Shown in pieces: positions 39,436 to 49,260 of a DNA stretch of 64,000 nt (its first letter is position 1; each line of letters starts with the position of its first letter). A program made the translations under genes and the position numbers. Source of the DNA: Candidatus Binataceae bacterium (GTDB lineage: Bacteria > Desulfobacterota > Binatia > Binatales > Binataceae); contig DASXMJ010000090.1 in assembly GCA_036495685.1 (NCBI GenBank), positions 7,908 through 71,907 on the forward strand, written 5' to 3'. The notes below the pieces were generated by a model. The model was given only the letters and a program-made list of their open reading frames with translations, made no database searches and was not told the origin of the DNA.

Positions 39436-40029
39436 ATGCGGATGATTGAATTTCGTCGGGAGCTAAGGAGGGTGTTAGTCGCGCTGTTCGCGATGGCGAC
39501 GACGGTGGCGTGTACACATGCGTTTCAGACCAGCGGCGAGGCTCTCCCGGAGAAGATGCATGTGGGAGAATTTTCCTTCGAACGACCGCAGGGGGAGGGA
39601 TGGTACCTCGAGAATGTGAGCGACCCGCCGACCATCGTGGAATTCACCAAGCGTGGCCCGCAATGGGAAGCGCAGATCCTGGTGTTGGGATTTCATCCGG
39701 ACGGCCGCGTCACCAATTCCAATGAACTGATGGAATGGGCCCAGGAACTGCCCGACGCCGACAAGGTGGTTGCGCCGGCGCCGGGGCACGGAGCGACTTG
39801 CGTGCGCTATCACGGCCGCTCGTTCATGACCCTGCACTACGCGAACACGCCGAACCCGGTGTCCAATCAGATCGCGACCGACGAAGACAGCCTCGAATGC
39901 ATCGACCCGCATCAGCCTGGACTGCTGGTCAGGTTCATCACCACGCAGCGCAGCGAGACCGGCGGCACCCCCGAGGGCACCGCTGAGGCGTATGCGTTCC
40001 TCAAGAGCATCCAGTTCGCGGAAAAGTAG
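39436..40029 (+). CDS. Hypothetical lipoprotein
   Basis: TVAC lipobox after a hydrophobic stretch; no recognised domain. Confidence 0.6.
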   Translation: MRMIEFRRELRRVLVALFAMATTVACTHAFQTSGEALPEKMHVGEFSFERPQGEGWYLENVSDPPTIVEFTKRGPQWEAQILVLGFHPDGRVTNSNELMEWAQELPDADKVVAPAPGHGATCVRYHGRSFMTLHYANTPNPVSNQIATDEDSLECIDPHQPGLLVRFITTQRSETGGTPEGTAEAYAFLKSIQFAEK

Positions 40030-40168
40030 AGAGCGATCCCCGCAAGTGGACTTCGGTTGTGTGGATGGGCGCCTTTCCCAGAAGGGGAGCCAGCAAAAAT
40101 GGCCGCTATCCCCGAGCAGGCTCGGTGCGGTTTGTGGGAACGTGGTAACTTGCAGGAACGGAAAAGTT

Positions 40169-40254
40169 TGGTGCGCGGGGCGGGACTTGAACCCGCACGG
40201 TATCACTACCACTAGCCCCTCAAACTAGCGTGTCTGCCATTCCACCACCCGCGC
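40169..40254 (-). tRNA. tRNA-Leu (GAG)
   Basis: GCGCGGG acceptor stem, GG D-loop, anticodon loop TTGAGGG, long variable arm, GTTCAAGTCC, encoded CCA; canonical position after secG. Confidence 0.95.
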
Positions 40255-40311
40255 ACATCGAAAAGATCCGGGCGATCCTTGAGGGAGCGTCGCACTTGCC
40301 CGGACTCAGGT

Positions 40312-40668
40312 CTAATGACTGGCCGGGGCGGGCGTCGCGCTACCCCCCGGATTTCCCGGTGCCGGCGCCTTCGACACCGGCGCTGCCGGCATCACGCTTC
40401 GGCTGCCGGAGAATGGCCCCGAGAAGATGCTGCCGGTGACGCGGCGCGTGGACGCATAGGCCAGGAAAAGCGAGGTCACGAAGAAAATCGTCGCAAGCAG
40501 CACGGTCGCCTTGGTCAACGCGTTGCCCGCCCCGCCGGCGCCGAAGACGGTCTGGCTCGACCCGCCAAAAACTGCCCCCACATCGGCACCCTTGCCATGC
40601 TGGAGGAGAATGATGATGACCAGCGCGAGGCTGACCAGCACGTGTATTGTGATTACTGCCGATGCCAT
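40312..40668 (-). CDS. secG: Preprotein translocase subunit SecG
   Basis: IILLQHGKGADVGAVFGGSSQTVFG...LTKAT. Confidence 0.95.
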   Translation of the reverse strand: MASAVITIHVLVSLALVIIILLQHGKGADVGAVFGGSSQTVFGAGGAGNALTKATVLLATIFFVTSLFLAYASTRRVTGSIFSGPFSGSRSVMPAAPVSKAPAPGNPGGSATPAPASH

Positions 40669-40675
40669 CTGAGCG

Positions 40676-41449
40676 TCAGCCGACCTTGGCTCGAACAATC
40701 CTGGCAAACGAGTCAGCCTTCAAGCTTGCCCCGCCGACCAGAGCCCCGTCAATATTCGGCTTGGACACGAGCGAGTCAACATTCTCGGCGGTAACGCTTC
40801 CGCCGTACAGAATCCTTATCGAGTCGGCTTTTTCCTGCCCAACCAGGTCGCGGAGCGATTCGCGAATGGCGCCGTGGACATGCTCGGCCTGCTCCGGGGT
40901 GGCGTTGCGCCCGGTGCCGATCGCCCATACCGGCTCGTAAGCAACCGTCACCTCTCCGCGGTGTTGCGGGTACACGCCCGCGAGCCCCGCTTGCAACTGG
41001 GTGAGTACAACCTCCAGCGCGCGGCCCGCGTCATGCTCCTGCTGGGTTTCGCCAACGCAGAGGATGGGAGTCAGCCGGTGACGAGCCGCGGCCAGTACTT
41101 TTCGATTAATCAGGTCGTCGTTCTCGCGAAAAACGTGGCGGCGCTCGGAGTGGCCCAGAATGACGTGGGTAACTCCGAATCCCTTGAGCATCGGAGCCGA
41201 CACTTCGCCAGTGAAGGCGCCCTGGTCTTCGAAGTGCATGTTCTGCGCCCCCAACGCGATCGATGCGCCGGCGAGCGCTTGCGACGCGGCCGGAATGAGC
41301 ACCGCGGGTGGAGCGATCAACACGTCGCGATCGCGAGCGAGCGCGGCCGCATCGCGATCGATATCCTTCCGCAACGCTGCGAGCAGCGCACGCGCCTCGA
41401 GCGCGGTCAGATTCATCTTCCAGTTGCCAGCTATTAATATCCTGCGCAT
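40676..41449 (-). CDS. tpiA: Triosephosphate isomerase
   Basis: IAGNWKMN, GHSERR, AYEPVWAIGTG, LVGGASL. Confidence 0.97.
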   Translation of the reverse strand: MRRILIAGNWKMNLTALEARALLAALRKDIDRDAAALARDRDVLIAPPAVLIPAASQALAGASIALGAQNMHFEDQGAFTGEVSAPMLKGFGVTHVILGHSERRHVFRENDDLINRKVLAAARHRLTPILCVGETQQEHDAGRALEVVLTQLQAGLAGVYPQHRGEVTVAYEPVWAIGTGRNATPEQAEHVHGAIRESLRDLVGQEKADSIRILYGGSVTAENVDSLVSKPNIDGALVGGASLKADSFARIVRAKVG

Positions 41450-41465
41450 CGCGGTTTTCCCTGCT

Positions 41466-42641
41466 TCAGCTTTCCAGCGCTTTGACCCCGGGCAGCACAC
41501 GGCCTTCGAGATACTCCAGCGTCGCGCCGCCGCCGGTCGAGATGTGCGTGAAGCGGCTGGCCCACGGTGCATGCGCTAGGGCTGCCGCGGTGTCTCCACC
41601 ACCGATAATCGACTTGACGCCGTCGGTGTTGGCCAGCGCCTCTCCGACCGCAAGGGTGCCGTGCGCGAACTCGGGCAGTTCGAAGAATCCTAGCGGGCCA
41701 TTCCAGATTACCGTCTTGGCGTGCGCGATCTCGCTCTTGAACTGCTCGATGGTGGTAGGCCCGATATCCAGTCCCATCAGGTCGCCTGGAATGTCGGTCA
41801 CCGTGCGGATAAGGGCGCCGGCCTCGGGCGCCGAAGCGACCACGTGGTCGCTCGGCAGCATGATCCGGACGCCTTTACGCTCGGCCTCGGCAACCAGGTC
41901 ACGCGCGAGTTCGAGTTTGTCTTCCTCGACGCGCGAGCGGCCGGTGACGATGCCGTTGGCCTTGAGGAAGGTATAGGCCATCGCACCGCCTATCAGGATT
42001 GCGTCTACCTTGGTCAGCAGATTGCGGATCACGCCGATTTTGTCAGACACCTTGGCGCCGCCCATGATCGCGAGCGAGGGGCGCGCGGGATTTTCGATGA
42101 CCGCGCCAAGAGCCTCCAGCTCCCTCATCATCAGGAAGCCCGCCGCGCGTTCAGCGATAAACGCGGTCACGCCCACGGTCGATGCGTGCGCGCGATGAGC
42201 GGTGCCGAATGCGTCATTCACATACGCTTGCTTGCCGCGCGCCAGCTCGTGCGCGAAATCGCGATCGTTGGCCTCTTCTTCAGCATGGAAGCGGAGATTC
42301 TCCAGCAGGAGCGCATCACCGGGTTTGAGCGCATTGATCATCCGGCCCGTCACCTCGCCAATGCAATCGGGCGCCAGCGCGACCTTGCGCGCAAGGACCT
42401 CGCTCAGGTAATCGGCGACTGGTTTCAGAGAGAGCGCGGGAGTGCGCTCCTTGGGGCGGCCAAGATGCGAGCACAGCACCGCGCTTCCTCCCTGCTCGAT
42501 CACGTAGCGGATGGTGGGGAGGCTGGCATCGATTCGACCGGTGTCGGAAATCGTGCGGTCGGCGAGCGGCACGTTGAAGTCGAAGCGCAACAGCACGTGC
42601 TTGCCGGCGAGTTTGAGCTGCGCGATCGATGATATCGGCAT
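41466..42641 (-). CDS. pgk: Phosphoglycerate kinase
   Basis: [37 protein letters not shown]. Confidence 0.97.
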   Translation of the reverse strand: MPISSIAQLKLAGKHVLLRFDFNVPLADRTISDTGRIDASLPTIRYVIEQGGSAVLCSHLGRPKERTPALSLKPVADYLSEVLARKVALAPDCIGEVTGRMINALKPGDALLLENLRFHAEEEANDRDFAHELARGKQAYVNDAFGTAHRAHASTVGVTAFIAERAAGFLMMRELEALGAVIENPARPSLAIMGGAKVSDKIGVIRNLLTKVDAILIGGAMAYTFLKANGIVTGRSRVEEDKLELARDLVAEAERKGVRIMLPSDHVVASAPEAGALIRTVTDIPGDLMGLDIGPTTIEQFKSEIAHAKTVIWNGPLGFFELPEFAHGTLAVGEALANTDGVKSIIGGGDTAAALAHAPWASRFTHISTGGGATLEYLEGRVLPGVKALES

Positions 42642-42903
42642 GGGCCGCGACCTAACCTGCCCGCCGCGGGCCGCGAACAGGCACCCTGACTTTTCCCACG
42701 TCCGTGACTGCGGCGCCGGCGTGAGGCACCCGCGCGCGGCTTAGCTGGTTGCTGAAATCGCTGCTCGGGTATGGGCCGCACCGGATGCTCGAGTTGGAGC
42801 GCCGTTTACCAGGTGCGCGGCCCGCCCCCTCGTTCACGGCTGAGAACGAACGGCGCCCCTCGGGCGAAAAAGCGGATTCCTTCACGTTCCCGGAAAGCGA
42901 CCG

Positions 42904-43908
42904 CTAGAGTCTGGCCGCCACAAACGCCGTTACGTCGGCGAGCCGGTTGGAGTATCCCCACTCGTTGTCATACCAGGAGAAAATTTTCACCAGCTTGCCA
43001 CCCAAGACCTTGGTCAGCGGCGCATCAAAGATCGACGATGCGGGGTTGCCGTTGAAATCGACCGACACCAGCGGCGCCTCGCTGTACGCGAGAATGCCCT
43101 TGAGCGGGCCTTCGGCCGCTTTCTTCATCGCGTCGTTGACCGCCCTCTCATCGGCGTCCCTCTCGATGGTCGCGGTCAGGTCGACCACCGAGACGTTCGC
43201 GGTCGGCACCCGCACCGCAATTCCATCGAGCTTGCCTTTGAGCGCGGGCAGCACTAGCCCGATCGCGCGTGCCGCACCGGTCGAGGTAGGAACCATGGAC
43301 AGCGCGGCGGCGCGGGCCCGTCGCAAATCATTATGCGGGCCGTCCTGGAGCATCTGATCGGAGGTGTAGCTGTGCACGGTGGTCATGAGCCCGTGGATGA
43401 CACCGAAATTCTCGTGCAGGACTTTCGCCACCGGAGCCAGGCAATTGGTGGTGCACGATGCGTTGGAGATGACATCGTGCTTCGCGCGGTCGTAAGTCTC
43501 CTCGTTCACTCCGAGACACAGCGTGACGTCGGCACCATCGGCCGGTGCGCTGATCACGACCTTCTTCGCGCCGGCAGCAATATGAAGCGCGGCCTTGTCG
43601 CGCGCGGTGAACAGCCCGGTCGATTCGACCACCGCCTGCACCCCGAGCCTCGCCCACGGCAGTTTTGCGGGGTCGCGTTCGGCGAGCACCTGGATCGGGC
43701 GACCATCGACTACGATGCTAGTACCTTCGGTCTTGACCTCCTGCTTTAGGGTGCCGTGTATCGAATCGTGCTTGAGAAGATGAGCGAGCGTCGCGGCATT
43801 GGTGATATCGTTGACCGCGACGACCTCGAGTTCCGGCTTACCCAGCGCTGCCCGAAAGAACATCCGACCGATCCGGCCGAAGCCGTTTATTCCAATCTTG
43901 CTCGCCAC
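42904..43908 (-). CDS. gap: Glyceraldehyde-3-phosphate dehydrogenase type I
   Basis: GINGFGRIGR, SNASCTTNCL, WYDNEWGY. Confidence 0.97.
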   Translation of the reverse strand: MASKIGINGFGRIGRMFFRAALGKPELEVVAVNDITNAATLAHLLKHDSIHGTLKQEVKTEGTSIVVDGRPIQVLAERDPAKLPWARLGVQAVVESTGLFTARDKAALHIAAGAKKVVISAPADGADVTLCLGVNEETYDRAKHDVISNASCTTNCLAPVAKVLHENFGVIHGLMTTVHSYTSDQMLQDGPHNDLRRARAAALSMVPTSTGAARAIGLVLPALKGKLDGIAVRVPTANVSVVDLTATIERDADERAVNDAMKKAAEGPLKGILAYSEAPLVSVDFNGNPASSIFDAPLTKVLGGKLVKIFSWYDNEWGYSNRLADVTAFVAARL

Positions 43909-44097
43909 GTGATTTGCCTCCGAGACTCAGCGGAAAGTGCTGCCCGGAACCTTAGATAAGGAGGGGCATTCGCTTCAAGTCTGCTATCAGTTTCATCTTG
44001 GCCTGGTTTTATCGACTCAGGCTAGGGTTGCTTCGGGTCACTGGTTTTGATTTGGGCGAAAACCCTATAATAACCGCATCTTCGGAATGGCGGTGCT

Positions 44098-44814
44098 ATG
44101 CTTCCTCAGATGAGCGAGGCGACCGGGCAGCTGGGTGTGGTGCAGTTGGTGGTGGGGACCGGGCCGGTCGTCGCGGCCGTGCTGTGGATTCTAATCGCTT
44201 TTTCCGTCGGCTGCTGGGGAGTCATTCTTTACAAGCTGGTGCAGGTTTCCCGCGCGCGGCGCCAATCCGAGCGCTTTATCACGATTTTCTGGGAATCCAA
44301 GAACCTCAACGCCATCCACACCGCGAGCCTTGGCTTCGGCCACAGTCCGGTCGCGCAGGTGTTTCGCGCCGGCTACCAAGAGCTGCTGCAGCTCACCCGT
44401 GCCAAGAAGCAGGTGGTCGGCGGTGAAGGTTCGTTTTCCACCGATCTGGGCGGTATCGAAAACGTCACCCGCTCGATGAAGCGGCAATCGAACGTCGAAC
44501 TGACCAAGCTCGAATACGGCACGACTTTTCTCGCCACCTCCGGATCGACCTGTCCGTTTATCGGACTGTTCGGCACGGTTTGGGGAATCATGACCGCGTT
44601 TATTGGCCTGTCGGCGGCGCATTCTTCGAATATCCAGGCGGTAGCACCCGGCATCGCCGAGGCGCTGATCGCGACCGCGGTTGGTCTGGTCGCCGCCATT
44701 CCCGCGCAGATGTTTTACAATTATTTCGTCGCGCGGATTCGCGTGCTGGCGACCGAGATGGACAATTTCACGTCCGAATTCCTGAATATTGCCGAACGCC
44801 ACTTCCTGTCATAG
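44098..44814 (+). CDS. tolQ: Tol-Pal protein TolQ
   Basis: PFIGLFGTVWGIM, VAPGIAEALIATAVGL. Confidence 0.93.
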   Translation: MLPQMSEATGQLGVVQLVVGTGPVVAAVLWILIAFSVGCWGVILYKLVQVSRARRQSERFITIFWESKNLNAIHTASLGFGHSPVAQVFRAGYQELLQLTRAKKQVVGGEGSFSTDLGGIENVTRSMKRQSNVELTKLEYGTTFLATSGSTCPFIGLFGTVWGIMTAFIGLSAAHSSNIQAVAPGIAEALIATAVGLVAAIPAQMFYNYFVARIRVLATEMDNFTSEFLNIAERHFLS

Positions 44815-44822
44815 TGCCCCCA

Positions 44823-45284
44823 ATGGCTTTTGAACCCGGACAGCGCGGTCAATTCGTATCGCAGATCAATGTTACGCCGCTGGTCGACGTAATGCTGGTG
44901 CTGCTGGTGATTTTTATGGTGACCGCGCCAATTATCCAGCAAGGCGTGCAGGTCGCGCTGCCCAAGGTCAAGGCCGAAGCGCTGCCCGGGAAGGAAGAGC
45001 AGTTCGTCGTCTCGATCACCCGTGACGACCAGATTTACCTGAACGATACCAAGCTCACGGCGGTCGCTTTGACCGACAAGCTGACCGCGATAGCAAAAGA
45101 GCGCCCCGACCGGCAGGTTTTCATCCGCGCCGACGAGCAGGTTCCTTACGGCGAAGTGATCCGCACGATGGCCGCGATCAAGGCAGCCGGCATCGAAAAC
45201 GTCGGGATGGTAACGCAACCTGCGACAGAAGCCGCGTCGGATTCTTCTGCAAACCAACACACCAGTGGCAAGCCCGACCAATAG
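44823..45284 (+). CDS. tolR: Tol-Pal protein TolR
   Basis: INVTPLVDVMLVLLVIFMVTAP, RADEQVPYG. Confidence 0.93.
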   Translation: MAFEPGQRGQFVSQINVTPLVDVMLVLLVIFMVTAPIIQQGVQVALPKVKAEALPGKEEQFVVSITRDDQIYLNDTKLTAVALTDKLTAIAKERPDRQVFIRADEQVPYGEVIRTMAAIKAAGIENVGMVTQPATEAASDSSANQHTSGKPDQ

Positions 45285-46341
45285 TCGTACTGAGGCCCCC
45301 GGGCGGGCGGGCTATCTAGTAGCGATTCTGGTTTCCGCGCTGGGGCACGTGGGCCTGTTCGTGGTGGTGTTTTTCCTCGCGCCGCGCTGGCTCCATTCCG
45401 AAGACCGGACCCCGCCCGCGTACACGGTAAAAATCGTTGATGCGCTGCCGGCGGGCGATCTGGGTAGTCATTTGCCGCGGCTCGCACGCAGGACCGCGGA
45501 GATCAAGCCACCTGAAGCCCTCGAGGAGGAACCCCCGGTCGAGGAGCAAAAGCCCCCGGAGCAGAAAACCCCGGCGGACGAAGATAAAAACGCCATCGCT
45601 CTCAACACGAAGAGCCAGGAAGCGACCCCGACCGAAACTCCGACGCCCACTCCGGAACCGACCCCCGTGCCGACGGTCGAAGCGACCAAAGCGCCGTCGG
45701 CGCTTCATACGGCGGTGCCCAGGAAACACCCGATTCCCGTTCCAACTACGGCCAAGAGGCACCCCAACGCCAACCCGACACCGATGTTGATGGCCAAGGT
45801 GGAGGTAAAGCCGACCCCGAGCGTTCAGCAGCGGCTCAATAAGCTGCGCGCGCAACTTCTTGCGGAATCGCTCAAGCGACGGTCCAAGGACCAGGAGGAC
45901 GAAGACACCGACGACGAGGACGAAGACACCGATACCGCATCGCCGCCGACGTCCGGCCCCGCGGGCGCGGGCCCGGTGGTTGGCTCCATTCCGCGTGAGG
46001 GCAAGGGTTACGGGGTTGGTCCTGGCGCTGGAAGTGAAGGAATGCTGCAGGACCCCGATTTTGTACTGTACTATCAGGCTGTGCAGGATAAGATTAAGAA
46101 GGCTTGGAGCTTCATGGGTGGCTCCTCGGATTTGACCGCGACGGTCGACTTCTCGATCGGTCCGGATGGTGCGCTGACGGGTGTGAAGCTGGCGGCGGGC
46201 TCTAAAGATTCCGCCTTCGATGAGTCGGTAATCCGCGCAATTCGGCGCGCGGCACCATTCCCCGCGCCGCCTGACAAATATCGCTCCGAATTCATGCAGG
46301 GCATTGAAGCGCAGTTCGCTCTTGGGGATCTTAGATCCTAG
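45265..46341 (+). CDS. tolA: TolA/TonB-family energy transducer
   Basis: TM with SxxxH, Pro/Thr-rich linker, C-terminal TonB_2 domain (FDESVIRAIRRAAPFP); operon position. Confidence 0.85.
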   Translation: MASPTNSRTEAPGRAGYLVAILVSALGHVGLFVVVFFLAPRWLHSEDRTPPAYTVKIVDALPAGDLGSHLPRLARRTAEIKPPEALEEEPPVEEQKPPEQKTPADEDKNAIALNTKSQEATPTETPTPTPEPTPVPTVEATKAPSALHTAVPRKHPIPVPTTAKRHPNANPTPMLMAKVEVKPTPSVQQRLNKLRAQLLAESLKRRSKDQEDEDTDDEDEDTDTASPPTSGPAGAGPVVGSIPREGKGYGVGPGAGSEGMLQDPDFVLYYQAVQDKIKKAWSFMGGSSDLTATVDFSIGPDGALTGVKLAAGSKDSAFDESVIRAIRRAAPFPAPPDKYRSEFMQGIEAQFALGDLRS

Positions 46342-46364
46342 GCCTTAACGGGAGAGGTGAGGTT

Positions 46365-47744
46365 GTGCGGACGCGGTGGCGTGGCAGTCCTACCCGATTG
46401 CCTCTAAGTCGGCGAAATATCGAGCGGCGAACCCTACCCCATCTGTGTGCATGGCTGGCAGGGGTGATTGCGCTGTTTTTACCGATTGCGGCTCGCGCGC
46501 AGATCCAGATGCGCATCATCGGGCAGGAGCGGCAGTATGCGATGGCGGTGTCGCCGCTCAAGAACCTTTCCGGCGACGACAATCATCAAGCTTCCAACGC
46601 CTTCACCAGAACGCTGACGCGGGACTTTGAGCTTTCCGGCTATTTTCGCATCATCGATCCGCACGCCTACGTCGAGGACGCGCAGCAATCGGGCTACGAG
46701 CTCGGTCAGTTCAATTTCGCGGACTGGACCTCGATAAACACCGACTTCCTGGTCAAGGGCGCGGTCACCGTCAACAGTGCCAAGGTCCAGCTCACGGTAT
46801 ACTTGTACGACGTTGCGCAGCAGCGCCGTAAGATGGGCAAGAGTTTCAGCGGCGCCGTGGACGAGGTGCCGCGGATGGCGCGGCGGTTCGCCGACGCGGC
46901 ATTGGAGGCGATGACCGGGCAGCGCGGGCCGTTTGACAGTAAGCTCGCCTTCGTTTCGACCGGCACGAGCCGATTCAAGGAGGTTTATACCCAGAGCATC
47001 GACGGGCAGGACTTGAACCAACAGACCCACAACTCGACTATCAACCTGTTTCCCGATTGGGATCAGAGCACGCGCTTCCTGCTGTATCTCTCGTACAAGA
47101 GCGGCGAGCCGGGTCTTTACCTGGCCGATCTCAAGCAACGCGTGGAATCGCGCATCACCACCAATCGCGGGATTATCATCGGCGGGGCGCTCTCTCCCGA
47201 CGGGCAGCTCGTCGTGGCATCAATCGAGCGCGCCGGCGCGACCAATCTCTACCTCTTGGACCGCAACGGTCACGAAATGCGGCGGCTCACCGACACCGGA
47301 GGCATCAATTGCACGCCGAACTTTTCACAGGATGGGTCGAAGCTGGCGTTCACTTCGGATCGGTCGGGCACTCCGCAAGTGTACATGATGCCGCTTTCCG
47401 GCGAATCGCCTCAGCGCATCACCTACAAGGGCAACTACAACACTAATCCCGCTTTTTCGCCCAAGGGCGATCGCATCGCCTACCAAAGCCGTAACGGCGG
47501 GCGGTTCGACATCTTCACGATCCCGAGCGCCGGCGGCGATCCAACTCAGCTCACCGAGGGCGGAGGGACCAACGAATCACCCTCGTGGTCGCCGGACGGA
47601 CGCTACCTTGCCTTCAGTTCGACTCGCGAAGGGCACCCCCACATCTTTGTTATGATGGTTCAGACAGGCAAACTGATCGGGTCTCTAACGGAGGGAAACG
47701 GTAATGACACTTCACCAGCGTGGTCGTGGTGGTTGGGTGAATAG
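46365..47744 (+). CDS. tolB: Tol-Pal beta-propeller protein TolB
   Basis: TolB N-domain, then PD40 repeats (SPDG, FTSDRSGTPQVY, PSWSPDG); exact start uncertain. Confidence 0.93.
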   Translation: MRTRWRGSPTRLPLSRRNIERRTLPHLCAWLAGVIALFLPIAARAQIQMRIIGQERQYAMAVSPLKNLSGDDNHQASNAFTRTLTRDFELSGYFRIIDPHAYVEDAQQSGYELGQFNFADWTSINTDFLVKGAVTVNSAKVQLTVYLYDVAQQRRKMGKSFSGAVDEVPRMARRFADAALEAMTGQRGPFDSKLAFVSTGTSRFKEVYTQSIDGQDLNQQTHNSTINLFPDWDQSTRFLLYLSYKSGEPGLYLADLKQRVESRITTNRGIIIGGALSPDGQLVVASIERAGATNLYLLDRNGHEMRRLTDTGGINCTPNFSQDGSKLAFTSDRSGTPQVYMMPLSGESPQRITYKGNYNTNPAFSPKGDRIAYQSRNGGRFDIFTIPSAGGDPTQLTEGGGTNESPSWSPDGRYLAFSSTREGHPHIFVMMVQTGKLIGSLTEGNGNDTSPAWSWWLGE

Positions 47745-48255
47745 AGGCTGGCGAGCAGCTAGCCTGGGAGGGCTGGTCGCGCTAGGCCTCATTCTGGCCC
47801 CCGGATGTTCCTCCAAGACCAAAGGGCTACAGGGTGAGGGCAGCGGGGTCGGCCGTGAAAGCAACATCGGTTCCCAGGGTTCCCTCGAACAATTCAAGAA
47901 TACCGGAACGCTCAGCGGGAGTGGCCCGCTCAGCGATATTCACTTCGGCTACAACACCTACAACATCGAGCCGCAGGACGGATCGGTCCTGAAGCAGAAT
48001 GCGAGTTGGCTGCAGTCCAATCCAAGAACCCGGGTACAGGTCGAGGGTCATTGTGATGAGCGGGGTTCGGAAGAATACAATATCGCACTCGGCGCCAAGC
48101 GCGCCCAGGCGGCGAAAGACTATCTGGAAACTCTCGGCGTTGAAGGCAGCCGTATCTCCACGATTAGCTATGGTAAAGAACTGCCTATGTGCACCGACCA
48201 TGACGAGTCGTGCTGGCAGCAGAATCGGCGCGATCACTTCGTCGTGCAACAATAG
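47737..48255 (+). CDS. pal: Peptidoglycan-associated lipoprotein
   Basis: Lipobox Cys, EGHCDERGSEEYNIALG.KRA, ISYGKE, NRR. Confidence 0.95.
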   Translation: MNRGWRAASLGGLVALGLILAPGCSSKTKGLQGEGSGVGRESNIGSQGSLEQFKNTGTLSGSGPLSDIHFGYNTYNIEPQDGSVLKQNASWLQSNPRTRVQVEGHCDERGSEEYNIALGAKRAQAAKDYLETLGVEGSRISTISYGKELPMCTDHDESCWQQNRRDHFVVQQ

Positions 48256-48265
48256 AGGCTGACCC

Positions 48266-49120
48266 GTGCCGAGAATCGCACCCTTCCTTCCACGCTTGCT
48301 TGTCTGTGGTTTGACGCTGGGCGGTCTCGCACTCGGCGGATGCACCACGGACAGCGACATTCAGCAACTTAACCAGAACCAGTTCACCCTGCGCGGCATG
48401 ATTGCGAACGATCGGCAGGAAATCGACTCGCTGCAAGCGCAGGTTCGCGCGCTCAAGGAGCAGGTCAACGAGGTTTCGCATGGCAGGGGCGGAGCCAACG
48501 GCGAGCAAGCTTCGTCGCTCAACGACCGGTTGAACAAACTCGACGCGCAGGTGAGCGGCTTGCAGGCCGGAATGAGCGCGGCGCCGGTCGGCGCGACGCC
48601 CGTTGCGCCCGGGGAAACGGTCGCGTCGGTGCCAAGCGCACCTTCCGTCACAGCGCCGCCTCCGGCGGCCGCGGTATCGGAAGCGCAACCCACCTGGCCA
48701 CAGGAACTCGACGCGGAAATCGACGCGGCGCAGAGTTCACACGAGCCGGGCGTGAAGACGTATCGGGAGGGGTTGGCGGCCATGAAGGACAGCCAGTATC
48801 CGCTCGCGATCAGCAAGTTCACCGAACTGGCGCACCACTACCCGAAGTCGCCACTGGTCACACCTGCGGAATATTTCACCGCCAATGCGCTGTATGAGAG
48901 CGGCAAATACGATCAATCGATTTTGCAGTTCAATGACGCGGTGATGCGCGACCCCAAGGGCAAGTATGCAAGTCAGGCCCTGCTGCGCGAAGCGCAGGCC
49001 TTCATGAAGCTGAACGACAGTATCGACGCGCGGCTTACGCTGCAGAAGCTACTCGCTGATCACGCCGACTCACCCGAGGCGCCCACCGCGACCGCCCTGA
49101 TGAAGAGCCTCTCGGGCTAG
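48266..49120 (+). CDS. cpoB: Tol-Pal-associated CpoB/YbgF
   Basis: Lipoprotein signal, coiled coil, C-terminal TPR; follows pal. Confidence 0.88.
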   Translation: MPRIAPFLPRLLVCGLTLGGLALGGCTTDSDIQQLNQNQFTLRGMIANDRQEIDSLQAQVRALKEQVNEVSHGRGGANGEQASSLNDRLNKLDAQVSGLQAGMSAAPVGATPVAPGETVASVPSAPSVTAPPPAAAVSEAQPTWPQELDAEIDAAQSSHEPGVKTYREGLAAMKDSQYPLAISKFTELAHHYPKSPLVTPAEYFTANALYESGKYDQSILQFNDAVMRDPKGKYASQALLREAQAFMKLNDSIDARLTLQKLLADHADSPEAPTATALMKSLSG

Positions 49121-49170
49121 AAAAGTCAGGGCGCCCAATACCCAAGTTTCCAGAGAGGGTATCACGAGAA

Positions 49171-49198
49171 CTTTGTGTCCCGGTGCCTTTGTGGTTAA
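49171..49198. repeat. Single arm resembling the ACCACAAAGnCAC..GACACAAAG interspersed (REP-like) repeat
   Basis: CTTTGTGTCCCGGTGCCTTTGTGGTTAA; no partner arm in window. Confidence 0.3.
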
Positions 49199-49260
49199 GT
49201 CCCTTCTACGCTTGAAGGCGCCACGGCTTCAGAGCACATGAGTCAGTTCTGCACACGCCT

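Noticed and set aside
42642-42903. 260-nt gap-pgk spacer as a gene remnant or ncRNA
   Set aside because: No recognisable motif or convincing stem system by eye
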